A stretch of DNA of 64,000 nucleotides from Dehalococcoidia bacterium (lineage in GTDB: Bacteria > Chloroflexota > Dehalococcoidia > UBA2979), in the NCBI GenBank assembly GCA_965262725.1, contig OZ253555.1, positions 3,541,408 to 3,605,407 of the forward strand, in the 5' to 3' direction. The notes below the pieces were generated by a model that worked only from the letters and a program-made list of their open reading frames with translations, ran no database searches and had not been told where the DNA came from. This document shows, one piece after another, positions 8,527 to 17,977 of this stretch (the first letter of the stretch is position 1; every line of letters starts with the position of its first letter). A program made the translations under genes and the position numbers.

Positions 8527-9783
8527 CTACTCGGCCGCGTCGAGCGAGAACGCGTCGTGGAGGGCGCGGACGGCCTCGGGCACGCTCCGGGCGTCGACGA
8601 CGCAGGTGATGCGGATCTCCGACGTCGAGATCAGTTCGATATTGACACCGTGCGTGTAGAGCGTCTCGAACATCGCCGCGGCATAGCCGGGGCTCGAGGC
8701 CATGCCGGTCCCGACGATCGAGACGGAGCCGACGTCGCTGTCCCCGTAGACGGCGGCGGCTCCGAGCTCCGGCAGCACCGCCTCGACCGTGCGGAGCGCC
8801 CGATCGAGCTCCTCGGAGGCGACCGTGAAGGTCAGGTCGGTGAGCTGCTCCGTCGAAACGTTCTGCACGATCGTATCGACGGAGACGCCGGCGTCCGCGA
8901 GCGGGCTGAAGAGCCTCGCCGCGATCCCGGGCCTGTCGGGGACTCCCCGCACCGTGACGCGGCCCACGCGAGCCTGGTGGGCGATCCCGCGGACCTTGTT
9001 CGACTGCTCCATCACCGCCTCCGCGTGAATCAGCGTGCCGGGGGCCTCTTCGTCGAAGGTGCTGACCACCCGGATCTCGACGCCGTAGAGCGCCCCCACC
9101 TCGACGGCGCGGGCGTGCATCACCCGCGCTCCCGTCGTCGCCAGCTCGAGCATCTCATCGTAGCCAATGTCGACCAGCGGGCGGGCGCTGGGGCAGATCC
9201 GCGGGTCGGCGGTGTACACACCCGCCACGTCGGTGTAGATCTCGCAGGCGTCGGCGCCGAGCGCCGCCGCCAGCGCGACGGCCGTGGTGTCGCTCCCGCC
9301 GCGGCCGAGCGTCGTGACGTCGAGATCCGCCGACTCCGAGATGCCCTGGAATCCCGCGACGATGACGACGCGGCCGGCCGCGACCTCGCGCTCGATGCGA
9401 GCCGTGTCGATGCCGGCGATGCGCGCGCGGCCGAAGACCGCATCCGTGCGGATACCGGCCTGCTGGCCCGTGAGGCTCACCGCGTCGAGGCCGTGATCGT
9501 GGAGTGCCATCGAGAGCAGGGTGGAGGAGACCACCTCCCCGGTGGAGAGCAGCACGTCGAGCTCGCGCGGGCGGGGGTCTACCGTCACCTCCGTCGCGAG
9601 CGCGATCAGTTCGTCCGTGCGGTTCCCCATCGCCGAGACGACCGCAACCACGCGGTCTCCGGTGGCCGCGCGCGTCGCGATGCGGCCGGCCACGTGGCGG
9701 ATCTTCGCGGCGTCGGACACGGAGGAGCCGCCGAACTTCTCCACCACCAGCACCACGCGTCCCCCTCGCCGAGCGGGGCTCAC
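8527..9783 (-). CDS. lysC: Aspartate kinase
   Basis: ORF 8527..9783. VVEKFGGSSV, GRGGSDTTAVALAAAL and two C-terminal ACT-like repeats. Confidence 0.9.
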   Translation of the reverse strand: MSPARRGGRVVLVVEKFGGSSVSDAAKIRHVAGRIATRAATGDRVVAVVSAMGNRTDELIALATEVTVDPRPRELDVLLSTGEVVSSTLLSMALHDHGLDAVSLTGQQAGIRTDAVFGRARIAGIDTARIEREVAAGRVVIVAGFQGISESADLDVTTLGRGGSDTTAVALAAALGADACEIYTDVAGVYTADPRICPSARPLVDIGYDEMLELATTGARVMHARAVEVGALYGVEIRVVSTFDEEAPGTLIHAEAVMEQSNKVRGIAHQARVGRVTVRGVPDRPGIAARLFSPLADAGVSVDTIVQNVSTEQLTDLTFTVASEELDRALRTVEAVLPELGAAAVYGDSDVGSVSIVGTGMASSPGYAAAMFETLYTHGVNIELISTSEIRITCVVDARSVPEAVRALHDAFSLDAAE

Positions 9784-9787
9784 TCGT

Positions 9788-10714
9788 TCAGCTGCGGGCG
9801 GGCTCCCCGACCGCCCCGTCGACGAGCGTCGCCCCCTGACGGCTCATGCCGCAGATCCGCGCCTCCGCCTCGAGTCCGCGGGCCGCCGCCGCTTCCCGCA
9901 TCGCTCCCGCGACGTGCTCCGCCCGCTCGGTCACGAAGGCCGCCACCGTGGAGCCTCCGCCCGAGAGATAGACCCCGTGCGCCCCCGCCGCGAGCGCCGC
10001 ACGAAAGACCGCCGGCATCGCCGGGAAGAGCGTCGCCCGCGCCGGCTGGTGCAGCACGTCCTCGGTCGCCACGGCGAGCAGCTCATAGCGGCGTTCGGCC
10101 AGGGCAGCGACGAGCATCGCGGCGCGCCCGATGTTGTGCACCGCCTGATTCCGCGTCAGCCGCTCCGGGAGCCGCTCGCGCGACTCGCGCGTCGGCATGG
10201 AGAAGCTGGGGACCAGCAGCGCGATGCGCAGGTCCTCCGGAGGGTCGACGCCGAGGCGGTGAAGCTCTCCCTCGCCGCCCTCCGCGACCACGATCTGCAG
10301 ACCGCCCAGGAGGGCGGGCGCCGCGTTGTCGGCGTGTCCCTCGAGCCTCGCCGCCACCTGAAGCAGCGCCTCGACCGAGCGCTCCCCCGGAAGCAGCGCG
10401 TCGGCGGCGACCACGCCCGCGACGTGCGCCGCCGCCGAGAGACCGAGGCCGCGCCCGACCGGAATGTCGCCCGCGACGCTCACGCGCACACCGGCGGGGG
10501 GAGCCTCCCCCGCCAGCAGGTGGAGCGCCCGGACCCCCGCTGCCGCCATGCGCTCGAGCGGAGGTTCGGGCGTCGGGAGCGGATCGTCGACCAGCATCAG
10601 CGTGAATCGCGCGCGCCAGTCGAGCGCCACGCCGAGGCTGTCGAAGCCCGGCCCGAGATTGGCGGAGGTCGCAGGGACCTCGACCGTGGCGCTCCGGAGC
10701 GGGGGGACGGCCAT
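9788..10714 (-). CDS. thrB: Homoserine kinase
   Basis: Lower part of ORF 9788..10978. Start at ATG 10712-10714 (MAVPPLRSATVEVPATSANLGPGFDSLG). GHMP motif PVGRGLGLSAAA. Confidence 0.9.
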   Translation of the reverse strand: MAVPPLRSATVEVPATSANLGPGFDSLGVALDWRARFTLMLVDDPLPTPEPPLERMAAAGVRALHLLAGEAPPAGVRVSVAGDIPVGRGLGLSAAAHVAGVVAADALLPGERSVEALLQVAARLEGHADNAAPALLGGLQIVVAEGGEGELHRLGVDPPEDLRIALLVPSFSMPTRESRERLPERLTRNQAVHNIGRAAMLVAALAERRYELLAVATEDVLHQPARATLFPAMPAVFRAALAAGAHGVYLSGGGSTVAAFVTERAEHVAGAMREAAAARGLEAEARICGMSRQGATLVDGAVGEPARS

Positions 10715-10784
10715 GACGGAAGTGTAGACACCGCCCCCGGAGCGAGGAAGGCTGCCCGCGCGTGGGCGGCGGCGCGGCTTGCCG

Positions 10785-11450
10785 TCAGCGAGCGCCGGGG
10801 TCCGGCAGCGTCCCCGCCCGCAGCGCCCGCAGCCGCTCCCACGCCCGATCACAGAGCACGGCCGGGGCTTCACGCCCGTCGAGCACCAGCCACCGTCCGG
10901 GCTCGGCCTCGGCGAGCGCCCGGTAGCCCGCCCGGACGCGCTCGTGGAAGGCGATGCCCTCCCGCTCCAGGTAGTCACCCGCCTCGCCCGCCCGCGCCAG
11001 TCCCTCCGCCGGGGGGATGTCGAGCAGGAGCGTCAGGTCGGGTGCCAGCCCGCCAGTCGCGGCCGCGTTCACCGACGCCACCAGGGCACGGTCGAGCCCG
11101 CGTCCGCCGTGCTGATAGGCGAGTGTCGAATCGGCGTAGCGATCGCAGATGACCAGCGCCCCGCGGGCGAGCGCCGGGCGCAGCACCTCCGAGACGAGCT
11201 GCCCGCGCGCGGCCGCGAAGACGAGCAACTCCGCCTCGGGCACCGGCGCCGGCGCGCCCGGGGCGTCGCCGAGGAGCGCCCGGCGGAGTCGCTCGCCGAG
11301 CGCCGTACCCCCGGGCTCACGGCACGCCACCACCTCGCCGCCCGCGTCTCGCGCGCGCGCAGCGAGCATCGCCTGCAGCGTGCTCTTCCCTGCGCCCTCA
11401 CCCCCCTCGACCGTCACGAGGAGACCCCGGGCGGGGAGGGGGATGCTCAT
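10785..11450 (-). CDS. tmk: Thymidylate kinase
   Basis: Lower part of ORF 10785..11495. Start ATG 11448-11450 overlaps the upstream stop (ATGA). LVTVEGGEGAGKST P-loop. Confidence 0.9.
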   Translation of the reverse strand: MSIPLPARGLLVTVEGGEGAGKSTLQAMLAARARDAGGEVVACREPGGTALGERLRRALLGDAPGAPAPVPEAELLVFAAARGQLVSEVLRPALARGALVICDRYADSTLAYQHGGRGLDRALVASVNAAATGGLAPDLTLLLDIPPAEGLARAGEAGDYLEREGIAFHERVRAGYRALAEAEPGRWLVLDGREAPAVLCDRAWERLRALRAGTLPDPGAR

Positions 11451-13153
11451 TCGACCGCCGCGGCGTCGTCGTCGGCATCCACCCACGGCGCCCACGGCTC
11501 GGGCCTCTCCCCCGCCATCACGGTGAGCCGCCGGTAGGGCTCCCGACCCCGGGAGACCGAGCGCAGACCGTGGCGCGAGACGAGCTCGTGCTGGACGCGG
11601 CGAAGGTAGGCGCCCTGGGGCGCGAGCTCGACACTCCGCCTCCCGCGCAGGGAGACGGTTGCGATCGCCATTTCCGCCTCCCGGAGCGCCGCCGTCGTCG
11701 GATCGGCGTCGGCGCCGGCACCGCGCATCGCGAGCAGTGACTGCTCCATCTGCACGACCGTGTTGTTGCGGAGCACGAGCACCGGAACGCCGAGCGCCTC
11801 GGCCTCGCGCAGCGGGCCGCTGCGGCGGCGGTAGTAGGGGCGCAGCGTCATCACGGCGTCCGCCTCCCGGAGGCTGTCGGCGACGATCGCCTCCGAGCGC
11901 GTGCTGACGATCGCCTGCTGAAGCCGCGTCCGGCTCACCCCGTAGGGGAGGATGCGCCGCTTCAGGGCGCCGGGAGCGGGGGCGACCGCCGCGCCGCCCG
12001 ACGCGGCGCCCGGGGGCGGTACCGGGGTCCGCCCCCGGGCAGGGGCCCCCGCCGGTCCGTCCGCCACCACCGACCGCTCGCCGATCGGCCTCACGGGCGA
12101 GCGCCCCACCGACTCCACCTCGCCCGCGGCGCCGAGCGTGCGCAGCTCCGCCTCCGCCGCGAAGCCGCGCAGCAGCGCGTCGACGATACCGGCCAGCTCG
12201 CCGTGCACCGCGACCCGGTGGAAGCTCTGGATCTCGACCAGCGCGTCGAAGGTCGGCGGGGCGCGCCGCTCGAGCACCGTCTTCTGCGTTCCGCGGCGCC
12301 GCGCCTCCTCGTCGCCGAGCGTGACCGACTCAATGCCGCCGATCAGGTCCGAGAGCGTGGGGTTCTGCATCAGGTTGGCGAGCGTGTTCCCGTGCGCCGT
12401 CCCGATCAACTGCACGCCGCGCTCGGCGATGGTCCGCGCCGCCGCCGCCTCCCGCTCGGTCCCAATCTCGTCGATCACGACGACCTCGGGCATGTGGTTC
12501 TCCACCGCCTCGATCATCACCTCGTGCTGGAGCTCAGGGCGCGGCACCTGCATGCGCCGCGCCCGGCCGATGGCGTGGTGCGGTATGTCCCCGTCGCCGG
12601 CGATCTCGTTCGACGTGTCGACGATGACGACGCGCCGCCCGATGTCGTCGGCGAGGATACGCGCCAGCTCACGCAGCATCGTCGTCTTGCCGACCCCGGG
12701 GCGGCCGAGCAGCAGAATGCTCCGCCCATCCTCCGCCAGATCCTGGATCCCGCTGGCGGAGCCGGTGATGGAACGCCCGACGCGGCAGGTGAGCCCGATA
12801 ATCGACCCGCGGCGATTGCGGATCGCCGAGACGCGGTGAAGCGTGCGCGGGATGCCGGCGCGGTTGTCCTCGCCGAACTCCGAGACCGATCCGACCACGT
12901 GATCGAGCTCGAGCGCCGTGACCTCGCCCGAGCCCAGGATGACCTCGCGCGAGGCGTAGCGGGCCGCCGGCGGGCGACCGAGGTCGAGCACGACCTCGAT
13001 CAGATCCTCGAGCCCCTCCTCGCGGACCGCGCCCGCGATGCGCGCGGGCAGCGCCTCGATCAGGAGCTCGACCTCGGGGAGGCCCTCCCCTCCGGCCCCC
13101 TCCGGTGCGGCGACCTCGCCGCGGGCGTCACCCTCGTTCGGAGCGTCGTTCAT
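11447..13153 (-). CDS. AAA ATPase with C-terminal R3H domain (Ycf45/SpoIIIAA-like)
   Basis: Lower part of ORF 11447..13321. Start ATG 13151-13153 (MNDAPNEG). Walker A GRPGVGKTT, Walker B VVVIDEIG. C-terminal R3H-like LRRVQHELVSRHGLRSVSRGREPYRRLTV. Confidence 0.8.
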   Translation of the reverse strand: MNDAPNEGDARGEVAAPEGAGGEGLPEVELLIEALPARIAGAVREEGLEDLIEVVLDLGRPPAARYASREVILGSGEVTALELDHVVGSVSEFGEDNRAGIPRTLHRVSAIRNRRGSIIGLTCRVGRSITGSASGIQDLAEDGRSILLLGRPGVGKTTMLRELARILADDIGRRVVIVDTSNEIAGDGDIPHHAIGRARRMQVPRPELQHEVMIEAVENHMPEVVVIDEIGTEREAAAARTIAERGVQLIGTAHGNTLANLMQNPTLSDLIGGIESVTLGDEEARRRGTQKTVLERRAPPTFDALVEIQSFHRVAVHGELAGIVDALLRGFAAEAELRTLGAAGEVESVGRSPVRPIGERSVVADGPAGAPARGRTPVPPPGAASGGAAVAPAPGALKRRILPYGVSRTRLQQAIVSTRSEAIVADSLREADAVMTLRPYYRRRSGPLREAEALGVPVLVLRNNTVVQMEQSLLAMRGAGADADPTTAALREAEMAIATVSLRGRRSVELAPQGAYLRRVQHELVSRHGLRSVSRGREPYRRLTVMAGERPEPWAPWVDADDDAAAVE

Positions 13154-13211
13154 CGCCGCCCACTCGCTCTCCCGGCCGGACGTGGCGCGGCGCCGCCCCC
13201 CGGCCGCACCG

Positions 13212-14219
13212 CTAGCTCCCGCCCGCCACCACGACGCCCGCACCGCGTCGGGCGGCTTCCACCACCACGCGGCGCGTCCGTATCGCCAGCAGCTCCACTT
13301 CGCGACCGGGCATGAGCCCATGCTCGCCGAGCAGCCCCTCCACCGCCACGGCGGAGCGCGGCACCAGCGAGACGACCCGCCCGCACCGCGCCGTCACGTC
13401 GTGGGCGTGCCACAGGAGCGCCCGGCCGCCCTCCCGGCTCTCTCGTGCGGCCGCCCGCGAGACGCCGCCCTCCGGCTCCCCCGCGCCCGACGGTTCGCAG
13501 AGGAGATCCACCTGTCCCTGCGCCCCCTGGGCGCTGACCCGCACCGCCGCGACCAGGCGGCCCCCCGACTCCGCCACCCAGTGGCGTCCGCGGCGCCCCA
13601 GCCAGCGGCTCCCGTCAAGCGCCCGCCACTCGGCGAGCGTGAGCCCGAGCGCCCGTCGGGCGTCGACCGGCGTCTGGGCACTGTACAGGCGGAAGAGCTC
13701 GCCCTCGTCCTCCGCGCGGACCTCGCGCACGACCACCGACGACCGACCCCGCCCCTCCGCGGGGCGCAGGCCCGACCCCGTCCAGAGGCGCTCCGTCGAC
13801 ACGTGCCGGAATCCCGCGCGAAGCGCCGCGCTCACGGCGGCGGCGGCCGGCGTGCGCAGCAGGACGTGGCCCACCCGCTCCGCGGCCGCCGCCTCGGCGA
13901 CTCGCCGCAGCAGCCGGCCGGCGATGCCGACGTCGTCCGCCTCCGGCTCCGGCCGCGCGGTGAGCAGCGTGTCGATCTGCCAGGCCTCGCGGGTCGCCAT
14001 GCGCTGAGCCGTCGCCACACCCGCTATCCGGCGCCCCTCGATCTCGAACCACGCGAGCCCGCGCAGGCGGATCCAGCTCTCGACGGCGGTCACGATCGGG
14101 CGCCGCACCGGCCGGGGGCGGGCGAGCAACTCGCGCGTGACGGCCTGGTTCTCGCCGAGCCCGTCGTCCGATAGGGCGAGCGCGAGCAGGTCGGCCGGAC
14201 GCGGCAGGCGGCGGCTCAT
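13212..14219 (-). CDS. Hypothetical protein, possibly tandem GNAT-like acetyltransferase folds
   Basis: Lower part of ORF 13212..14609. Start ATG 14217-14219 overlaps the pdxT stop (ATGA). Weak acetyltransferase-like segments (IAGRLLRRVAEAAAAERVGHVLLRT). Assignment is tentative. Confidence 0.4.
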   Translation of the reverse strand: MSRRLPRPADLLALALSDDGLGENQAVTRELLARPRPVRRPIVTAVESWIRLRGLAWFEIEGRRIAGVATAQRMATREAWQIDTLLTARPEPEADDVGIAGRLLRRVAEAAAAERVGHVLLRTPAAAAVSAALRAGFRHVSTERLWTGSGLRPAEGRGRSSVVVREVRAEDEGELFRLYSAQTPVDARRALGLTLAEWRALDGSRWLGRRGRHWVAESGGRLVAAVRVSAQGAQGQVDLLCEPSGAGEPEGGVSRAAARESREGGRALLWHAHDVTARCGRVVSLVPRSAVAVEGLLGEHGLMPGREVELLAIRTRRVVVEAARRGAGVVVAGGS

Positions 14220-14881
14220 GCGGCGGGTCCCGTAGCCCCCGCCACCCCGTGGGCGAGCGCCTCGCCGGCGAGCGCGAGGAAGAGTTCGTGCAGGCGCGAG
14301 TCGTCGGTCAGCTCGGGGTGGAAGGCCGTGGCGAGGAGCGCCCCCTGCCGGGCGGCCACGACACCCCCGTCGGGCCGGCGCGCCAGCGGCCGAACGGCCG
14401 GACCCAGCTCCTCGAACACCGGCGCGCGGATGAAGACCGCACGATGCGGCCCTCCGGCGATGCCGTCCACCGCGAGCATCTCCTCGAAGGAGTCGATCTG
14501 CCGTCCGAAGGCGTTGCGACGCACGCGCATCGCCATCACACCGAGCGGCTCGCGATCGAGCTCCGGAACGTCGTTCGCGAGCAGGATGGCGCCGGCGCAC
14601 GTACCCCATGCCGGCATCCCCCCGGCGAGCCGCTCGCCGAGCGGCTCCCAGAGCCCCGACGAGCGCGCGAGCCGGGCGATCGTCGTGCTCTCTCCCCCCG
14701 GGAGGATCAGCGCGTCGACCGCGTCAAGCTCGGGCGGGGTGCGCACGAGCGCCGCCTCGACGCCCAGGTCGAGCAGCATCCGCCGGTGTTCGCGGAAGTC
14801 ACCCTGCAGCGCGAGCACGCCGATGCGCGGGCCGCCGGCCGCCGCGGCGGCGCCGTCTGCTCCGCTAGCGGGCTCCCTCAC
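14216..14881 (-). CDS. pdxT: Pyridoxal 5'-phosphate synthase glutaminase subunit
   Basis: ORF 14216..14881. IGVLALQGDFREH, GGESTT, GTCAG catalytic Cys, AFHPE. The true start may be a few codons downstream. Confidence 0.9.
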   Translation of the reverse strand: MREPASGADGAAAAAGGPRIGVLALQGDFREHRRMLLDLGVEAALVRTPPELDAVDALILPGGESTTIARLARSSGLWEPLGERLAGGMPAWGTCAGAILLANDVPELDREPLGVMAMRVRRNAFGRQIDSFEEMLAVDGIAGGPHRAVFIRAPVFEELGPAVRPLARRPDGGVVAARQGALLATAFHPELTDDSRLHELFLALAGEALAHGVAGATGPAA

Positions 14882-14985
14882 GGCGCTGTTGCTGGGCAGG
14901 GGGTTCCTCTCTGACGCGCCCGCTGGGCCACGAGCGCGATCGCCTCAGCCGGCCGCCTCGCGGCCGGGCACGCGCCGGTCCGGCG

Positions 14986-15942
14986 TCAGATCCCCCGGGC
15001 GGCGAGCTGCTCACCGGGGGCAAGCGACCCGACCGCGATGCCGCGCATCGGCTCGCCGATGCCGCGGGAGACCTCGGCGAGCATCGCCGCATCCTGGTAG
15101 TGCGTCACCGCCCGCACGATGGCGCTCGCCATGCGGGCCGGGCTGTCCGACTTGAAGATGCCGGATCCGACGAAGACGCCGTCGGCCCCGAGCTGCATCA
15201 TCAGCGCGGCGTCCGCCGGCGTCGCGACACCGCCCGCCGCGAAGTTCACGACCGGAAGTCGCCCCAGCCGCTTCACCTCCTGAACCAGCGGGAGCGAGAC
15301 GGCGAGCTCCTTCGCGAGCGAGGGGAGCTCGTCCTCCGGCGTCGACTCGGCGCGGCGTATCCCGGCCCACACGGCGCGCATGTGCCTCACCGCCTCGACG
15401 ATATCGCCAGTTCCCGCCTCCCCCTTCGTCCGGATCATCGCCGCGCCCTCGGCGATGCGCCGGAGCGCCTCGTCGAGACCGCGGGCGCCGCAGACGAAGG
15501 GGACGCGGAAGCGGTGCTTGTCGATGTGATGCTCCTCGTCGGCCGGCGTCAGCACCTCGGACTCATCGACGTAGTCGACGCCGATGGCCTCGAGGATCTG
15601 GGCCTCGACGAAGTGGCCGATGCGGGCCTTCGCCATGACCGGGATGGTGACGGCCTCGCAGATTCGCTCGATCAGGTCGACGCGGCTCATCCGCGCCACG
15701 CCCCCCGTGGCACGGATATCGGAGGGGACGCGCTCCAGCGCCATCACAGCGCAGGCACCCGCCTCCTCGGCGATCCGGGCGTGCTCCTCCGTGACGACGT
15801 CCATGATCACGCCGCCCTTGAGCATCTGCGCGAGGCCGGACTTCACCGTCCACGTCGCCGCCTGCGCGTCGTCTGCGTGAGCACCGTTGTCCCCGGCCAG
15901 CGCCGCATCGCCGGTCGCGTGCCCTGCTGCCGAGTCGTTCAT
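14986..15942 (-). CDS. pdxS: Pyridoxal 5'-phosphate synthase lyase subunit
   Basis: ORF 14986..15942. [37 protein letters not shown]. Confidence 0.95.
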   Translation of the reverse strand: MNDSAAGHATGDAALAGDNGAHADDAQAATWTVKSGLAQMLKGGVIMDVVTEEHARIAEEAGACAVMALERVPSDIRATGGVARMSRVDLIERICEAVTIPVMAKARIGHFVEAQILEAIGVDYVDESEVLTPADEEHHIDKHRFRVPFVCGARGLDEALRRIAEGAAMIRTKGEAGTGDIVEAVRHMRAVWAGIRRAESTPEDELPSLAKELAVSLPLVQEVKRLGRLPVVNFAAGGVATPADAALMMQLGADGVFVGSGIFKSDSPARMASAIVRAVTHYQDAAMLAEVSRGIGEPMRGIAVGSLAPGEQLAARGI

Positions 15943-16001
15943 CGGTCCTCCCCGCGCCCTGTGGCGTTCTGACTGCTATTGTATCGCGCGCGCAGCTGCC
16001 G

Positions 16002-16619
16002 GTGGCGCCGGCGCGCTCCTGCTACGCTCCCCAGATGAGGTCGCCGCCGGAAAGCCCGTGGATCGCCCGCCGCGCGCTACCCGCCGACGTGTTGATCGGC
16101 CTGATCGCCGACACGCACATCCCCGAGGCGCGCGCGACGCTCTGGGAGGAGGTCTACAGGGCCCTCGACGGCGTCGGCGCGATCCTCCACGCCGGCGACA
16201 TGCACGACGTGGTGGTGCTCGACTGGCTCGAGCGGGTCGCGCCGGTGATCGCGGTGCGCGGCAACGGCGACGACGGCGGGAGCGGACGACCGGTGCAGCC
16301 GCACGATTCGCGGCTCGCGCACAACCAGGTGGTCACGGCCGGCGATCTCCGCATCGGGATGACGCATACCTTCAACGATCTGACCGCCCTCGGCACGAGC
16401 GTCGCGCAGCAGATCGCACGCCACTTCGGCGAACCCGTCGACGTCGTGGTCGCCGGCGACACGCACGTGCCCGAGGTGACCGAGCTCGGCGGCGTGCTGC
16501 TGGTGAACCCCGGCTCTCCCACCCTGCCGCGCAACCTCCAGACGCAGCTCGGGACCGTCGGCTTCCTCGACGTGCGGGCGGGGCGCGTCGCCGACGCCTG
16601 GATCGAGCTCCTGCACTGA
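16002..16619 (+). CDS. Metallophosphoesterase (YfcE/MJ0936-like)
   Basis: ORF 16002..16619. LIADTHIP, HAGD, VRGNGD, AGDTH. The start could be ATG 16035. Confidence 0.8.
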   Translation: MAPARSCYAPQMRSPPESPWIARRALPADVLIGLIADTHIPEARATLWEEVYRALDGVGAILHAGDMHDVVVLDWLERVAPVIAVRGNGDDGGSGRPVQPHDSRLAHNQVVTAGDLRIGMTHTFNDLTALGTSVAQQIARHFGEPVDVVVAGDTHVPEVTELGGVLLVNPGSPTLPRNLQTQLGTVGFLDVRAGRVADAWIELLH

Positions 16620-16725
16620 CGGGGAGCGCGCCCCCTCCGGGCCATCCTCCGCAGGCGGCGCCCGCCGCGCGCCCGTGTCCGCGCACCACGGCCCGGCGCC
16701 ACTCCGGCTGGCCGGGCGCACTCCG

Positions 16726-16754
16726 TTGACACCCCGCCCGACGCCGCCTAGCAT
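16726..16754 (+). promoter_or_regulatory. Sigma-70-like promoter, TTGACA - 17 nt - TAGCAT
   Basis: Perfect -35 at 16726-16731 and TAnnnT -10 at 16749-16754, about 38 nt upstream of the GTG 16792 start (SD GGAGG). Confidence 0.45.
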
Positions 16755-16791
16755 CCCGCCGAGCGCGCGGGCGAAGGCCACCGGAGGCGCC

Positions 16792-17013
16792 GTGCGACGA
16801 GTCGATCTCGTGCTCGGTTGGAGCTTCCTCGCCGGCGGCTCCGTAGCGCTCCTCGCCGTCGTCGCGACAGCGCAGTGGGTCTCCATGGGCACGCTGCTGG
16901 GCGCGGTCATGCTGGCGAACGCAGCCGTGCGGCTCCGCCTCGCTCACGGGGACGCCGCATTGTCCGGGCCCTGTCCGCGGAGAGACGGTCCCGCGCCGTC
17001 GGTGGGGCGATGA
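16792..17013 (+). CDS. Small two-helix membrane protein, translationally coupled to USP
   Basis: In frame with ORF 16675..17013. GTG 16792 follows GGAGG. LVLGWSFLAGGSVALLAVVATAQWVSMGTLLGAVMLANAAV. Stop overlaps the USP ATG (ATGA at 17010-17013). Confidence 0.5.
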   Translation: MRRVDLVLGWSFLAGGSVALLAVVATAQWVSMGTLLGAVMLANAAVRLRLAHGDAALSGPCPRRDGPAPSVGR

Positions 17014-17510
17014 CCCCCGACCCGCTGGCGAACCTGAGGTCGCTTCTGGTCCCGATCGACGACTCCGGGGCCAGCTGGCAGGCGCTCTCCGTCGCCTGCG
17101 ACATCGCCCGCCGCGGCAAGAGCCGCCGCGTCCTCGCCATGCACGTGATCGAGGTACCGCGGCGCCTCCCGCTCGACGCCGAGATGGTCGCGGAGTTCGA
17201 ACACGGCGATCGCATCCTCGAGCGCGCCGAATCGCTGGCGCGTGCGCAGCGCGTCGACATCGCCGCCGACCTCGTGCAGGCGCGGGAGGCGGGGACCGCG
17301 ATCGTCGACGAGGCCAGGGAGCGCGGCGTGGACGCGATCGTCATCGGGATCGACTATCACCGGCCCCACGGCACCTTCCAGCTCGGTCGTCTCCCCCGCT
17401 ACGCGCTCGAGCACGCCCCCTGCGAGGTCTGGTTGATCCGGTACCCGCCGGAGCCGGACTCAGCCGGCGCGTCGGGGGCCCGGCGCGACGACGGCACCGA
17501 GAACGGCTAG
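17010..17510 (+). CDS. Universal stress protein family
   Basis: Lower part of ORF 16818..17510, from ATG 17010 (MTPDPLANLRSLLVPIDDSGAS). C-terminal GVDAIVIG...LGRLPRYALEHAPCEVWLI. Confidence 0.85.
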   Translation: MTPDPLANLRSLLVPIDDSGASWQALSVACDIARRGKSRRVLAMHVIEVPRRLPLDAEMVAEFEHGDRILERAESLARAQRVDIAADLVQAREAGTAIVDEARERGVDAIVIGIDYHRPHGTFQLGRLPRYALEHAPCEVWLIRYPPEPDSAGASGARRDDGTENG

Positions 17511-17540
17511 CCTCGTGCCCGGACGACCGGGGGGACGAGC

Positions 17541-17975
17541 ATGAGAGTCATCGTCATGGGCTGCGGTCGCGTCGGATCCACCGTCGCCCGGCGTGTCGCC
17601 GCCGCCGGCCATGCGGTGACGGTGCTCGACACCGACCGCTACTCCTTCCGGCGGCTGGCCCCCGGCTTCCCGGGCCAGTCGCTCGTCGGCGACGGGACGC
17701 GCCACCGCTCCCTGGAGGAGGCCGGCATCCGCGACGCGGACGCCTTCCTGGCGCTCACGCAGGGCGACAATCGCAATATCCTCGCCTCGCAGATTGCGAA
17801 GCACCTCTACAGCATTCCCACGGTCGTGACGCGCGTCTACGACCCGTACCGCGCCGAGATCTTCGGACAGCTTGGCCTCAACACGTTCAGTCCCACCAAC
17901 GTCGGCGCGGACATGGCGTGGGCGGCGCTCTTCGGCAGCGAGGACCCGGCCGGCGCCGCGGCGGCCAGGGCGTAG
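17541..17975 (+). CDS. TrkA-N (RCK N-terminal, NAD-binding) domain protein
   Basis: ORF 17541..17975. MRVIVMGCGRVGSTVA Rossmann motif. No TrkA-C domain. Confidence 0.8.
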   Translation: MRVIVMGCGRVGSTVARRVAAAGHAVTVLDTDRYSFRRLAPGFPGQSLVGDGTRHRSLEEAGIRDADAFLALTQGDNRNILASQIAKHLYSIPTVVTRVYDPYRAEIFGQLGLNTFSPTNVGADMAWAALFGSEDPAGAAAARA

Positions 17976-17977
17976 CG

